Source: an uncultured Gammaproteobacteria bacterium (GTDB lineage: Bacteria > Patescibacteriota > Patescibacteriia > 2-12-FULL-60-25). From it: 44,028 bases of DNA. The stretch covers positions 1 to 44,028 of the forward strand of contig CAZPAP010000002.1 of NCBI GenBank assembly GCA_964584725.1, given 5' to 3'. Under the pieces are notes generated by a model. That model searched no databases, was not told where the DNA came from, and saw only the letters and a program-made list of their open reading frames with translations. Within the stretch, counting starts at the first letter, position 1, and every line of letters begins with the position of its first letter. Shown here piece by piece: positions 14,444 through 25,313 of the stretch. The position numbers and the translations under genes are program-made.

Positions 14444-17400
14444 ATGAAGACCAGGGTTTTCAGGCGCCAAGCGCCCAAAGAGCGCGAACGCCAATACTTC
14501 ACGGCCTCTCGCGATGCGATGGCTTTGCCGGACTTGATCGAAGTCCAAAGACAAAGCTACAGATGGTTTCTTGAGAACGGCATCCGTGAGCTGTTTCGGG
14601 AACTGTCGCCTGTAAGGGACTTTATCGGACGTGATCTTGAGCTGTCGCTCACGGATTATTTTTTGGATGAACCTAAATTCGACGAAAAGACTTCAAAGGC
14701 AAAAAATATCACCTTTGAGGCGCCTTTGCGCGTAAAGACCAGGCTGGTCAACAAGCGCACGAACGAAACCAAAGAACAGGAAATTTATTTGGGCGACTTG
14801 CCGGTGATGACTGACCGCGGAACATTCGTGATCAATGGCGTTGAGCGCGTGGTCATTTCTCAGCTCGTGCGTTCGGCTGGCGCGTTCTTCACGGCCGAAG
14901 CTGGCCGCGGCCGCAGATACTATGGCGCCAAGGTCATTCCAAACAGGGGAGCGTGGCTGGAATTCGAAACAGACATGAACCACGTGATCTGGGTGAAGAT
15001 CGACCGTAAGCGCAAAGTCGCAGCTACATCACTGCTCAGGACATTCGGCATGTCAGCTGACGAAGAAATCAAAGAAGCTTTCAAGGACATCGATGTCCAC
15101 CCGCTCAATAAATACATTGATGCGACTTTGGCCAAAGACGTGGCCAAGAATGAGGACGAGGGCTACATCGAAGTCTACAAGCGCATCCGCCCCGGAGACA
15201 TGGCCACGGCAGACAATGCCAAGTCTTTGATCCATTCCATGTTCTTCAAGTTTGAACGCTATGACTTGGGCCCGGTCGGCCGCTACAAATTCAATCAGCG
15301 TTTCGGCATGCCTTGGGACGCAGACATGATAACCAAGGAAGAGAACAGGATTTTGTCCAAAGAAGATCTGATGTCCATCTTAAAGGAAATCATTAGGCTG
15401 AATAACACGCAGGAAGATCCGGATGATGTCGATCACCTCGGAAACCGCCGCGTCCGCGCCATTGGCGAGCTCTTGCAGAGTCGCTTCCGCATTGGTTTGG
15501 CGCGCATGGAACGCATCGTGAAAGACAGGATGTCCACGCAGGAAATCACTGCCTTATCACCAGGCAGGTTGATCAATGCGCGCCCAGTGATCGCTGCCAT
15601 CCGCGAGTTCTTCATGTCTTCCCAGCTTTCGCAGTTCATGGACCAGACAAACCCGATGTCTGAGCTGGAACACAAGAGGCGCTTGTCTGCGACCGGCCCT
15701 GGCGGCTTGTCGCGCGAACGCGCCGGCTTTGAAGTCCGCGACGTGCATCGCACTCACTATGGCCGCATCTGCCCGATTCAGTCTCCAGAAGGCCCGAGCA
15801 TCGGCTTGGTCGGCCACATGGCCAGCTACGCGCGCATCAATGATTACGGATTCATCGAAACCCCATATCGCAAAGTAAAGAATTGGGCCGAGAACAACGG
15901 CGAAGACGGCGTCGGCCAGTTTTTGAGGGTTGAGGTCCGCGATGGCGAGGGCAAGGTCGTGGGCAAAGCAGGCGAAGAGATTTCAGCAAGCTTGGCAAAA
16001 AAGCTGGCCAAGATTTCCATTCCCAAACTGCCGCTTGTGCCGCATGTAACAAATGAAATCGCTTATTTGAACGCATTCACTGAAGAGCGCGGTACGACTG
16101 CGCCGGCCACCACGCCGATTTCGCGCGACGGCAAATTCATGGTCGAGCGCACTCCGGCCCGCAAGAACGGTGAACCGACCGTGGTCGATGTGCATGAGAT
16201 CGATTACGTCGATGTTTCTTCCAAGCAGATTTTGTCCATTTCCACTTCACTCATTCCGTTCGTGGAACACGATGACGGCCAGCGCGCACTCATGGGATCA
16301 AACATGCAACGCCAAGCTGTGCCTTGCATCAAGCCGGATGCTCCGATCGTGGGTACTGGCGTGGAACGCCGCGCAGCAGTCGATTCAGGCCATGTGATTT
16401 TGGCGCCGGATGATGGCACTATCGTTTCTGTTTCCGGCAACCACGTCGAACTGCAGACAGCAGACGGCAAGTCCAGGCGTTATGACTTGATCAAATTCCA
16501 GCGCTCCAACCAATCGACTTGCTTGAACCAGCGCGTCAGGGTCAACAAAGATCAGAAGGTCTATGCCGGCGAAGTGCTGGTAGACGGCGCTTCGTGCGAA
16601 CAAGGCGAATTGGCTTTGGGCCAAAACCTGTTGTGCGCCTTCCTTTCATGGGATGGCTACAACTTTGAGGACGCCATCATCCTTTCGGAAAAATTGGTAC
16701 ACCATGACCGCTTCACCTCGGTCCACATCGAGCATTTTGCCATGGACGTGCGCGACACAAAGCTCGGGCCTGAGGTCGTGACTAATGACATCCCGAACGT
16801 ATCCGAAGAAAAACTCAAGAATTTGGATGAGAACGGAGTAGTGCGCATCGGCGCCGAAGTCAAATCCGGTGATATTTTGGTGGGCAAGATCACGCCTAAG
16901 GGCGAGACTGATCTCTCGGCCGAAGAAAAACTTTTGCGTGCCATTTTCGGCGAAAAAGCCAGGGACGTGCGCGACACATCCTTGTACTTGGAGCACGGCG
17001 CCCGCGGCAAGGTAGTGGGCATCACGCTCTTTACCCGCGAGAACGGCGACAAGCTCCAGCCGGGCGTGCTGAAGAGGATCGTGGTCGCAGTCGCTGACTT
17101 GAGAAAGATCCAAGTCGGAGACAAACTGGCCGGACGTCACGGAAACAAGGGCGTCATCTCGCGCATCGTGCGCGTCGAAGACATGCCTTTCTTGGAAGAT
17201 GGTACATCAGTCGATGTTATCCTTTCCCCGTTGGGCGTTGTCTCCCGTATGAACTTGGGACAGATCCTGGAAACGCATATGGGTTTGGCGGCCAATGCTT
17301 TGGGCTATCACGTAGCCACCCCTGTGTTTGATGGCGTGCCAGAGCAGGTGCTGTGCGAACAGCTCATCAAGGCAGGCTTCCCGGCCACAGGTAAAATCAA

Positions 17401-17908
17401 ATTATTCGACGGCCGTTCAGGCGAGGCTTATGAGCATGATCCTACAGTCGGCTACAACTACATGCTTAAGCTGCATCACATGGTCGAAGACAAGATCCAC
17501 CAGCGCTCCATTGGCCCGTACTCATTGATTACGCAGCAGCCTTTGGGCGGCAAGGCCCAGTCCGGCGGACAGCGCTTCGGTGAAATGGAAGTCTGGTCGC
17601 TTGAGGCTTATGGCGCAGCCCATACTTTGCAGGAAATTTTGACCATCAAATCAGACGACGTGCCAGGCCGCTCCAAGGCATATGAGGCCATCATCAAGGA
17701 TGAGCGCATCTCCAAGGTCAATGTGCCGGAATCATTCAATGTGCTGGTCCGCGAACTTAAGGGCTTGTGCTTGGATGTTGAGTTGCTCAAAGACGGCAAG
17801 CGCATCGAAGAGAGCAAGCCAACGCATGTGGCCAAACCCACTGCTCCAGGGCAGTCATCCGAAGAATTCGCTTGGGAATCTAATCCAGAAGAATTACCTA
17901 AACTCTAA
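14444..17908 (+). CDS. rpoB: DNA-directed RNA polymerase subunit beta
   Basis: Unambiguous rpoB blocks (GTFVINGVERVVISQL, RLSATGPGGLSRERAGFEVRDVH, GRHGNKGVISRIV, GGQRFGEMEVWSLEAYGAA). The exact start among N-terminal Met codons is uncertain. Confidence 0.97.
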   Translation: MKTRVFRRQAPKERERQYFTASRDAMALPDLIEVQRQSYRWFLENGIRELFRELSPVRDFIGRDLELSLTDYFLDEPKFDEKTSKAKNITFEAPLRVKTRLVNKRTNETKEQEIYLGDLPVMTDRGTFVINGVERVVISQLVRSAGAFFTAEAGRGRRYYGAKVIPNRGAWLEFETDMNHVIWVKIDRKRKVAATSLLRTFGMSADEEIKEAFKDIDVHPLNKYIDATLAKDVAKNEDEGYIEVYKRIRPGDMATADNAKSLIHSMFFKFERYDLGPVGRYKFNQRFGMPWDADMITKEENRILSKEDLMSILKEIIRLNNTQEDPDDVDHLGNRRVRAIGELLQSRFRIGLARMERIVKDRMSTQEITALSPGRLINARPVIAAIREFFMSSQLSQFMDQTNPMSELEHKRRLSATGPGGLSRERAGFEVRDVHRTHYGRICPIQSPEGPSIGLVGHMASYARINDYGFIETPYRKVKNWAENNGEDGVGQFLRVEVRDGEGKVVGKAGEEISASLAKKLAKISIPKLPLVPHVTNEIAYLNAFTEERGTTAPATTPISRDGKFMVERTPARKNGEPTVVDVHEIDYVDVSSKQILSISTSLIPFVEHDDGQRALMGSNMQRQAVPCIKPDAPIVGTGVERRAAVDSGHVILAPDDGTIVSVSGNHVELQTADGKSRRYDLIKFQRSNQSTCLNQRVRVNKDQKVYAGEVLVDGASCEQGELALGQNLLCAFLSWDGYNFEDAIILSEKLVHHDRFTSVHIEHFAMDVRDTKLGPEVVTNDIPNVSEEKLKNLDENGVVRIGAEVKSGDILVGKITPKGETDLSAEEKLLRAIFGEKARDVRDTSLYLEHGARGKVVGITLFTRENGDKLQPGVLKRIVVAVADLRKIQVGDKLAGRHGNKGVISRIVRVEDMPFLEDGTSVDVILSPLGVVSRMNLGQILETHMGLAANALGYHVATPVFDGVPEQVLCEQLIKAGFPATGKIKLFDGRSGEAYEHDPTVGYNYMLKLHHMVEDKIHQRSIGPYSLITQQPLGGKAQSGGQRFGEMEVWSLEAYGAAHTLQEILTIKSDDVPGRSKAYEAIIKDERISKVNVPESFNVLVRELKGLCLDVELLKDGKRIEESKPTHVAKPTAPGQSSEEFAWESNPEELPKL

Positions 17909-17920
17909 CAGACCACTATT

Positions 17921-20900
17921 ATGTCGTTTTTCCAATCAGAAAACGTAAAGACGACCGACTTCAATGGCATGCGCCTGAAGTTGGCTTCGCCTGAGGTGAT
18001 ACGCGGGTGGTCGTACGGAGAGGTAACCAAGCCTGAGACCATCAACTATAGGACGCAGAAGCCGGAAAAGAGCGGCTTGTTCGCCGAAGAAATTTTCGGC
18101 CCTTCCAAAGACTGGGAGTGCTATTGCGGAAAATATAAAAAGATCAGGTATAAGGGCATTGTGTGCGACAAGTGCGGTGTCGAAGTCACGCACTCATTGG
18201 TCAGGCGCGAACGCATGGGCCATATCGAGCTTTCATCGCCCGTTGCCCACATCTGGTTCTTGCGCTCTGTGCCGTCACGCATCGGCAATGTGCTGGATCT
18301 CTCGGTCATGTCTTTGGAGAAGGTCGTGTATTTCGCGGCTTTCATCATCACGCACGTGGACGAGGATCTGAAGGCTCAAGTCATTGAGCAGCTGCGCACC
18401 GAATACAAAGGCAAGCGCAAGCAGATAGAATCGGAATTCGACCGCGAAGTCGAACGCATCAATGACAAGGCGCAAAAATCAGACAAGGCCGTGACCGAAG
18501 AGTTGGACAAGGCCCAAGGCAACAAGGAACGCAAGCTCAAGGAATTGGAAGCTGATTTTTCGGAAGCTGAAAAAGAATTGAAGACATTGGCTCCGCTCAA
18601 GATCATTTCGGAAAATGAATACCATGAGTATGCATTGAAGTTCGGCCATGTATTCGAGGCCAAGATCGGCGCCGAAGCCATTGATGAACTTTTGAAGAGG
18701 ATCGATGTGGCTGCGACTGCCAAAGCTCTGCAGGAAGAATTGGGCCATGCCTCCGGTGCAAAGTACGAGCATATCATCAGGCGCTTGAAGCTTTTGAGGT
18801 CTCTAGGCCTCCAAGGCATTGATCCGCATTGGATGATCCTTAAGGCTGTGCCAATCATTCCGCCGGACTTGCGCCCAATGGTGGCTTTGGATGGCGGACG
18901 TTTCGCCACCTCAGACTTGAACGACTTGTATCGCCGCGTCATCAACCGCAACAATCGTCTCAAGCGCTTGGTGGAACTGCATGCGCCGGAAGTGATTACG
19001 CGTAACGAAAAGCGCATGTTGCAGGAAGCTGTAGATGCTTTGATCGACAACAGCGCGCGTCATGCCAAGACCGTGCTGGCATCCACCGGCAAAAAGAGGC
19101 AGCTGAAATCTTTGGCCGACATCTTGAAGGGTAAGCAAGGCCGTTTCCGCCAGAACTTGCTCGGCAAACGCGTGGACTATTCAGGCCGTTCAGTCATCGT
19201 CGTCGGCCCGCGCCTCAAGATGCACCAGTGCGGCTTGCCTAAGAGCATGGCTTTGGAATTGTTCCGCCCGTTCATCATCGCCCAGCTCATCAAGAACGAA
19301 ATCGTACATAACATCAGGTCAGCCAACCGCTTCATTGAGGGTGATAATCCGGAAGTGTGGGACATCTTGGAAGTGATCGCCAGCAATGCCGTGGTGCTCT
19401 TGAATCGCGCTCCGACTTTGCACCGCTTAGGCATCCAGGGATTCCAGCCGGTTTTGATCGAAGGCAAATCAATCCAGATCCATCCATTGGTCTGTTCGGC
19501 CTTCAATGCAGACTTTGACGGCGACCAAATGGCTGTGCACGTGCCGCTTACGGAAGAGGCTCAGCGCGAAGCCCGCGAAATCATGTTGTCAACCAAGAAC
19601 TTGCTCAAGCCTGCGACTGGCACGCCTGTCGTATCTCCGACCCAAGACATTGTGTGGGGCGCATATTACATGACCACCATGCTTGAACCGGCCGAGGGCC
19701 AGGTAGTCAAGACGTTCGGTACGGCTGATGAAGCGGCTTATGCTTTCGCGGCCGGACATTTGGCTGCACGCGATAAGATCAAAGTCAGGTTGAGCCCTGG
19801 CGAACCGGTCATCGAAACTTGCGTGGGCAGGATCCTGATCCACCGCGTCATGCCCGAGGGCATGGTGTTCACCAACGAAAAATTAGGCAAGAAACAACTG
19901 GCTGAAATCACGCATTGGAGCATCCAGCAGTTCGGCTTTGAAGAAACAGCCAAATTCTTGGACCGCATCAAAGAGGCGAGCTACAAATACATCACCAAAT
20001 CAGGCTTTTCCTATGGCTTGGGCGACTTGCCGGATCTGGACGCCAAAAATGTCTTGATTGAGGAAGCTGACAAAAAAGTCCAACAGATAGAAAGCCAATA
20101 TAAGGAAGGTTTGCTCACCAAACGCGAAAGATACACGCAGATCATCAAAGCTTGGTCTGATGTACAGGATAAGATCACCCAGCTGTGCAAGAACGCTTTG
20201 GATCCGGCTGGTCCGGTCTCGGCCATGATCGAGTCTGGCGCGCGCGGTTCAGTCGTGCAGTTGCGCCAGGTCGTCGGCATGAAGGGCATGGTGACCAATC
20301 CGAGCGGCGAAATCATTGAGTTGCCGATCAAGTCATCTTTCCGCGAAGGCTTGGACGTGTTGGAATACTTCATCTCATCCCACGGCACGCGCAAAGGCTT
20401 GACTGATACGGCTTTGAAGACAGCTAACGCCGGCCACCTTACGCGCCGCTTGGTTGATGTGGCCCAAGACGTGATCATCACGTCCATGGACTGCGGAGAC
20501 AAGGACGGCATGGTGCTGACCCACGAAGAGTGCGAGGAAATCGGCGAAAACATGCTGACCCGTATCCAGGGCCGCTTCACCATCAAAGAGATCATCAACC
20601 CCAAGACCAAAAAAGTGATCGTGGGCAAGGATTCCTTGATCACCGAAGAGCACATCAGGGTTTTGAAAAAGCTGGAAGAGCCGCTCAAGGTCGTGCATGT
20701 ACGCTCAGTCATGAGCTGCAAGAACCACCGCGGTTTGTGCCAGCGCTGCTATGGCTATGATTTGGCTTACAACCAGCCGGCCAAGCTCGGAACAGCAGTC
20801 GGCGTAGTCGCTGCCCAGTCAATCGGCGAACCAGGCACCCAGCTTACAATGCGTACCTTCCACACCGGCGGTGTCGCATCAGGCGCAGATATCACCCAAG

Positions 20901-21907
20901 GTTTGCCGCGCGTTGAAGAATTGTTCGAAGCGCGCCAGCCAAAGCACAAAGCAGTGATGGCTGAGACATCCGGACGCATCACGATCGCCAATCCAGAGGC
21001 GCAAGAAATCAGGACCATTCTCGGCCAGCGCTTAGTCGATCCGGAAAAATCAGGCAAGATCATCAAAATCGTGGCAGAAGAGGTTCAGGAAGAGGTATTG
21101 GTCGTGACCAGCAAGGACAAGGTCAAAGTCAAAGACGGTGATAAGGTGGAACAGGGCCAGTTGCTCATCGAACGCAATGACGGCACAGAGATCAATGCCG
21201 ATCATTCAGGCACCATCAAACTCACCAAGACCAGATTGACCTTGATTTTCCAAGGCGAGGCTGAAGTAGAGTATCCATGCCCGATCGGCTTCAAGATTTT
21301 GGTCAAAGAAGGCGACGAGGTCCAGGCCGGAGATTCATTGACCGAAGGCCATTTGGATTTGCAGCTGCTCTTCAAGACCAAAGGCCCGCGCGCTGTGATG
21401 CAATACTTGCTCAGGGAAGTCCGGACCATTTACGCCACCCAGGGCCAAAAGATCAATTCCAAACATATCGAGCTCATCATCAGACAAATGTTCTCGCGTG
21501 CCTTTGTGCGCGACTCTGGCGATGCAGACCTCTTGCCAGGCGAAATCGTGGAAAAGCCGCGCGCTTTGGAAGAGAATCGCCGCGTGGAAGCTGCTGGCAA
21601 CAAGCCGGCTGAGCTGGACGATTTGTTCATGGGCATCACTAAAGTTGCCTTGACCACAGAATCATTCCTCTCGTCAGCCTCTTTCCAAGAAACAGCCCGC
21701 GTACTTATCAGCGCAGCTATCACCGGCAAGGTGGATCACCTTGAAGGCTTGAAGGAAAACGTGATCATCGGCCGCTTGATCCCGGCAGGCACTGGCTTTG
21801 GCTACCACTTTAAGGGCAGCGAAGGCGAGACCACTGATTATGCTGAGCAGGAAGGCCAAAACCAACCGCCAGCAGAGCCAGCCGCAGAAGAAGCATCTCA
21901 GACATAA
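17921..21907 (+). CDS. rpoC: DNA-directed RNA polymerase subunit beta'
   Basis: Zn site [20 protein letters not shown], catalytic [12 protein letters not shown], and trigger-loop/bridge-helix blocks. Confidence 0.97.
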   Translation: MSFFQSENVKTTDFNGMRLKLASPEVIRGWSYGEVTKPETINYRTQKPEKSGLFAEEIFGPSKDWECYCGKYKKIRYKGIVCDKCGVEVTHSLVRRERMGHIELSSPVAHIWFLRSVPSRIGNVLDLSVMSLEKVVYFAAFIITHVDEDLKAQVIEQLRTEYKGKRKQIESEFDREVERINDKAQKSDKAVTEELDKAQGNKERKLKELEADFSEAEKELKTLAPLKIISENEYHEYALKFGHVFEAKIGAEAIDELLKRIDVAATAKALQEELGHASGAKYEHIIRRLKLLRSLGLQGIDPHWMILKAVPIIPPDLRPMVALDGGRFATSDLNDLYRRVINRNNRLKRLVELHAPEVITRNEKRMLQEAVDALIDNSARHAKTVLASTGKKRQLKSLADILKGKQGRFRQNLLGKRVDYSGRSVIVVGPRLKMHQCGLPKSMALELFRPFIIAQLIKNEIVHNIRSANRFIEGDNPEVWDILEVIASNAVVLLNRAPTLHRLGIQGFQPVLIEGKSIQIHPLVCSAFNADFDGDQMAVHVPLTEEAQREAREIMLSTKNLLKPATGTPVVSPTQDIVWGAYYMTTMLEPAEGQVVKTFGTADEAAYAFAAGHLAARDKIKVRLSPGEPVIETCVGRILIHRVMPEGMVFTNEKLGKKQLAEITHWSIQQFGFEETAKFLDRIKEASYKYITKSGFSYGLGDLPDLDAKNVLIEEADKKVQQIESQYKEGLLTKRERYTQIIKAWSDVQDKITQLCKNALDPAGPVSAMIESGARGSVVQLRQVVGMKGMVTNPSGEIIELPIKSSFREGLDVLEYFISSHGTRKGLTDTALKTANAGHLTRRLVDVAQDVIITSMDCGDKDGMVLTHEECEEIGENMLTRIQGRFTIKEIINPKTKKVIVGKDSLITEEHIRVLKKLEEPLKVVHVRSVMSCKNHRGLCQRCYGYDLAYNQPAKLGTAVGVVAAQSIGEPGTQLTMRTFHTGGVASGADITQGLPRVEELFEARQPKHKAVMAETSGRITIANPEAQEIRTILGQRLVDPEKSGKIIKIVAEEVQEEVLVVTSKDKVKVKDGDKVEQGQLLIERNDGTEINADHSGTIKLTKTRLTLIFQGEAEVEYPCPIGFKILVKEGDEVQAGDSLTEGHLDLQLLFKTKGPRAVMQYLLREVRTIYATQGQKINSKHIELIIRQMFSRAFVRDSGDADLLPGEIVEKPRALEENRRVEAAGNKPAELDDLFMGITKVALTTESFLSSASFQETARVLISAAITGKVDHLEGLKENVIIGRLIPAGTGFGYHFKGSEGETTDYAEQEGQNQPPAEPAAEEASQT

Positions 21908-21917
21908 CCCACCCCAC

Positions 21918-21940
21918 CCCTCCCTTAGTTTAAGGGAGGG
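21918..21940. repeat. perfect 10-bp-stem palindrome CCCTCCCTTA-GTT-TAAGGGAGGG
   Basis: Starts 11 nt after the rpoC stop. Same word family as 3650-3670. A further GAGGGAGGG follows at 21951-21959. Confidence 0.85.
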
Positions 21941-21978
21941 AGAGCGAAGCGAGGGAGGGTTAAGATTAGAAAGACAAG

Positions 21979-22000
21979 GCAGCCCGAAAGGGCTGCTTTT
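21979..22000 (+). terminator. rpoC intrinsic terminator
   Basis: GCAGCCC-GAAA-GGGCTGC followed by TTTT. Confidence 0.75.
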
Positions 22001-22070
22001 GAAATCTTGACAAAGCAGATGTCGAACGCTCAACCTACGTAAGCAATCAGCGAGAAAAAATCAAAGTATG

Positions 22071-22091
22071 AAAAAACCGCCGAGATGGCGG
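22071..22091 (-). terminator. intrinsic terminator of the 198-aa orphan gene
   Basis: On the - strand: CCGCC-ATCTC-GGCGG followed by TTTTTT. Confidence 0.6.
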
Positions 22092-22101
22092 GTGAGGGGG
22101 G

Positions 22102-22698
22102 TCAGCTGTAGAAGCCTGCACGATGAGGAACGTAACTGTAAAGGTCAAGGAACCAATCCATGGCCCGCTCAATCACACCGACGGCATCCTCGGGCGTGAG
22201 GGTAATCAGACGGCGATCGCCGATTCTATAATTCGACCCGGGGAAGACTCTACCGAGGAATGTTTGGACCACGGTTTGAGCCTTAATGACTTCGCTGTTT
22301 TGATGGTCGTGGTCATCGATGTGTAGCCACCAGCCGTTTTCCTTTGGCCACCATAGCGTACCCATCGATCCCAACCGACCGCCAGAAACGGTATAGCAAA
22401 GGTCAATCGTGCTCTCGAAGCAACCGGTTGAATGAGAAACGCGGAGGCGGAAGTCGTTGTGGTCAACACCCCAACCCTCTGCCATGCTCAAGTCGTAAGG
22501 GACGGCTATGGTGGCAGAATGCAAAGAGATGTAGTTCTCGTGAGCGCAGCAATGGCAGTGCACCTCTTTGCGGGATGCGGCTATGCGGCGCGCTGTCTTG
22601 AAGAACTCGGCATAGCGGAGTTTTTCGATGTCTACGAGCCATGATCTGTGCTCGTTCGAACCGTGTGGAGTCAACTGCTTAAAAATGATCTCATTCAT
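22102..22698 (-). CDS. orphan protein, 198 aa, His/Cys cluster (HCHCCAHENY)
   Basis: GGAGG lies 4 nt upstream of the ATG. A lone - strand gene between rpoC and yebC. No family recognised. Confidence 0.7.
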   Translation of the reverse strand: MNEIIFKQLTPHGSNEHRSWLVDIEKLRYAEFFKTARRIAASRKEVHCHCCAHENYISLHSATIAVPYDLSMAEGWGVDHNDFRLRVSHSTGCFESTIDLCYTVSGGRLGSMGTLWWPKENGWWLHIDDHDHQNSEVIKAQTVVQTFLGRVFPGSNYRIGDRRLITLTPEDAVGVIERAMDWFLDLYSYVPHRAGFYS

Positions 22699-22741
22699 GT
22701 AGCCTCCTTATCAGAGCTTGGTATTGTGAGGTGCAGTCGTC

Positions 22742-22770
22742 TTAATATCATAATACAGCTCAAATGTCAA
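22742..22770 (-). promoter_or_regulatory. sigma70-type promoter of the 198-aa orphan gene
   Basis: On the - strand: TTGACA, 17 nt, TATTAA. Confidence 0.55.
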
Positions 22771-22815
22771 TAGTCCGCTCGACAAAATATACTTAGATGC
22801 GTAAGATTGTTGCGT

Positions 22816-23535
22816 ATGTCAGGCCACAGCAAATGGAGCAAGGTCAAACAGTTCAAGGGCGCGATCGACGCCAAGCGTTCTGCGTCTTTCACCAAACTCG
22901 CGCGCGAGATCGAAGTCGCAGTGCGCGAAAAAGGCACGGACCCGGGCATGAACTTCAGGTTGCGCATGGCCATCGACAGGGCGCGGGCTGGCAACATGCC
23001 AAAAGACAGCATTGAACGCGCGATTACGCGCGGCTCTGGCACGAACGACGGCACCCAAGTCGAATCTCTGCGTTACGAAGCCTATGGCCCGGGCGGTTCA
23101 GGCTTGGTCATTGAGTGCCTGACTGACAATCGCAATCGCACTGCAGGCGATGTCAAACAGATTTTGTCTAAGAACGGCGGCTCATTTGCCACGCCAGGTT
23201 CAGTCGCATTCCAATTCGATCACAAGGGCGTGGTTCGCGTCGCTTCGGTGCCAGCAGACAAGCGCGACGAAGTTGAACTTGCTTTGATTGATGCCGGTGC
23301 AGAAGATATCCGCCACGAAGAAGAGGGGACCATGATTATCTGTGCCATAAACGATTTATCCAAAATGAGCGAAGCAGTATCTGGCCTCAACTTATCGATC
23401 TTATCCGCTGAAATAGAATGGCTGCCGAAAAATATTGTCGCGCTTGATGACCAGGCAGGGGAAACAGTTGGCCAGCTGGTTGAGTTATTGGAAGAAAATG
23501 ACGACGTATCAAATGTCTTTACGAATGCAGGCTAA
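22816..23535 (+). CDS. yebC: YebC/PmpR family DNA-binding transcriptional regulator
   Basis: N-terminus MSGHSKWSKVKQFKG and MPKDSIERAI. ATG at 22816 preferred over the TTG at 22807. Confidence 0.92.
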   Translation: MSGHSKWSKVKQFKGAIDAKRSASFTKLAREIEVAVREKGTDPGMNFRLRMAIDRARAGNMPKDSIERAITRGSGTNDGTQVESLRYEAYGPGGSGLVIECLTDNRNRTAGDVKQILSKNGGSFATPGSVAFQFDHKGVVRVASVPADKRDEVELALIDAGAEDIRHEEEGTMIICAINDLSKMSEAVSGLNLSILSAEIEWLPKNIVALDDQAGETVGQLVELLEENDDVSNVFTNAG

Positions 23536-23538
23536 TGT

Positions 23539-24033
23539 ATGCGCGTCTTAGGCGTTGACCCAGGTTTTGGCATCACAGGCATTGGAGTCGTGGATTATGA
23601 TAAGGGAAAATTATTGCATGTTTGCCATAGCGTGATTATCACTGCGGCGGGCTTGGAATTTCCAGAGCGGCTCAGGATTATCAGGGACGGAGTTAAAAAA
23701 GCGATCGATGAGTTTTCTCCAAGCGCAGCTTGCGTTGAAAAACTTTTTTTCCAATCAAACGTATCGACTGCCATCCAGGTCGGCATGGCCCGCGGCGTGA
23801 TTCTGCTTATGCTGGCTGATGCTGGCTTGCCCATAGTCGAGCTTACGCCGAATGAAATCAAAGAAGCTGTGGCAGGCTATGGCAGTGCAGACAAGAAGCA
23901 GATCCAGATAATGGTGCAAAAACAACTCAATTTAAAATCAATCCCCAAGCCAGATGATGCAGCTGATGCTTTGGCTATTGCCATGGCTGGCGCTTTTGTA
24001 CACCAGAACAAAATAAGGCTAAAAAATGGCTAG
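23539..24033 (+). CDS. ruvC: crossover junction endodeoxyribonuclease RuvC
   Basis: MRVLGVDPGFGITGIGVV, VEKLFF, and C-terminal DAADALAIA catalytic-residue context. Confidence 0.92.
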   Translation: MRVLGVDPGFGITGIGVVDYDKGKLLHVCHSVIITAAGLEFPERLRIIRDGVKKAIDEFSPSAACVEKLFFQSNVSTAIQVGMARGVILLMLADAGLPIVELTPNEIKEAVAGYGSADKKQIQIMVQKQLNLKSIPKPDDAADALAIAMAGAFVHQNKIRLKNG

Positions 24034-24128
24034 AATAAGCTAAAATTTGAGCAACGACAAAGCAGGCTTTTCCCTTGCCTCGGGTCAGCGGTTGTGATAA
24101 ACTTTTGGGGCTAAACAAGCATAAAAAT

Positions 24129-24770
24129 ATGCAAATTTTCTGGCAAGGTTATACCTCAATCCGTATCGAAACAAAGCAAGGAGACAAGGCCGGCGAGCTA
24201 GTGACCGACCCTTTTGAAAATGAAAGCGCGATCAGGTTCCCTCGGACGGTCGAGCCTGAGATGGTCGTGCTGTCCAATCAAGAGCGAAAGGATTTTAATC
24301 TTGAAGGCGTAGCTGGAAAACCGTTTATCGTATCCGATCCCGGCGAATATGAAGTCCGCGGTATTTTTGCCTATGGTATCCAGGATCCGACAGCAGACGC
24401 TGGCGAGAAACGGCCGGTTGTCTATCGCATAGAAGCAGAAGATATCTCGATCGGGTTTTTAGGAAAATTGAACCGCAAGCTGACTGATGTCGAACTTGAA
24501 CACTTGGGCAATATCGATATCCTTGTCTTGCCGGTCGGCGGGGGAGACGGCATGGATGCAAAGACTGCGGCTGCGGTCGTGAATATGATTGAACCGCGCA
24601 TAGTGATACCGATCAACTATCAGATTCCGGGCATAAAAGCGAAATTGGACAGCGTGGATGCTTTTTGCAAAGCAGCTGGCGGCAAAAGACAAGATGGCAA
24701 TCGTCTCAAGATAAGCAAAAAGGAATTACCGGCAGACGATACCCTGATCATGGTCATTGAAAGAAGCTGA
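24129..24770 (+). CDS. MBL-fold metal-dependent hydrolase (UPF0173-like)
   Basis: Start MQIFWQGYTSIRIETK and overall layout resemble the small L-ascorbate-lactamase-B-type fold. ATG at 24129 preferred over the TTG at 24075. Confidence 0.7.
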   Translation: MQIFWQGYTSIRIETKQGDKAGELVTDPFENESAIRFPRTVEPEMVVLSNQERKDFNLEGVAGKPFIVSDPGEYEVRGIFAYGIQDPTADAGEKRPVVYRIEAEDISIGFLGKLNRKLTDVELEHLGNIDILVLPVGGGDGMDAKTAAAVVNMIEPRIVIPINYQIPGIKAKLDSVDAFCKAAGGKRQDGNRLKISKKELPADDTLIMVIERS

Positions 24771-24771
24771 T

Positions 24772-25305
24772 ATGAGTCCTGAATCCTTTGCTCCGCGCTC
24801 TGCGTCTCCAAAAAGACCAAGAGCCCGCAAAATCGAGCCTGGTTCCAACCCAACACCCGAGCGGCCGAGGATTTATAGTGCTGAAGAAAAACGCCAATTG
24901 ATTTTGGCGCATTCTGAGCGCGATGTGGATCCGGCCCAGCGCTTTTCCTTGTGGGCAGGAGTCGCGATCTGTTTCTTGGCCATTGCTGTCGGCTGGGTCT
25001 ACAGCATGCGCCAGACTATTGCCGGAGCTTTTGACTCACCGGTCGTGCAGACAATCAATGATTTCAAGACAGATGGAACAGACGGAACCCAGTTGCAGAA
25101 AAATATCGATGAGCTGATGAACCACTTGAACACGGCCCAGTCCCAGAGCGCAGCTGAATTGCAGACCATGAAAGCCGTGGCAGACCAAGTGCAAGAGGCG
25201 GCCTCAAGCAGTGGAGCCAGACAGGATCTATTCAAACCAGCGACAGCAACCAGCCCGAGCAAAACACCTAACCTCCCGTCCGGAGTTAAAGTCGAAAATT
25301 ACTAA
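24772..25305 (+). CDS. hypothetical membrane protein
   Basis: Basic/Pro-rich N-terminus, one TM segment ([18 protein letters not shown]), Gln/Ala-rich C-terminal part. ATG at 24772 follows the stop of the previous gene. Confidence 0.55.
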   Translation: MSPESFAPRSASPKRPRARKIEPGSNPTPERPRIYSAEEKRQLILAHSERDVDPAQRFSLWAGVAICFLAIAVGWVYSMRQTIAGAFDSPVVQTINDFKTDGTDGTQLQKNIDELMNHLNTAQSQSAAELQTMKAVADQVQEAASSSGARQDLFKPATATSPSKTPNLPSGVKVENY

Positions 25306-25313
25306 TAATCAGT

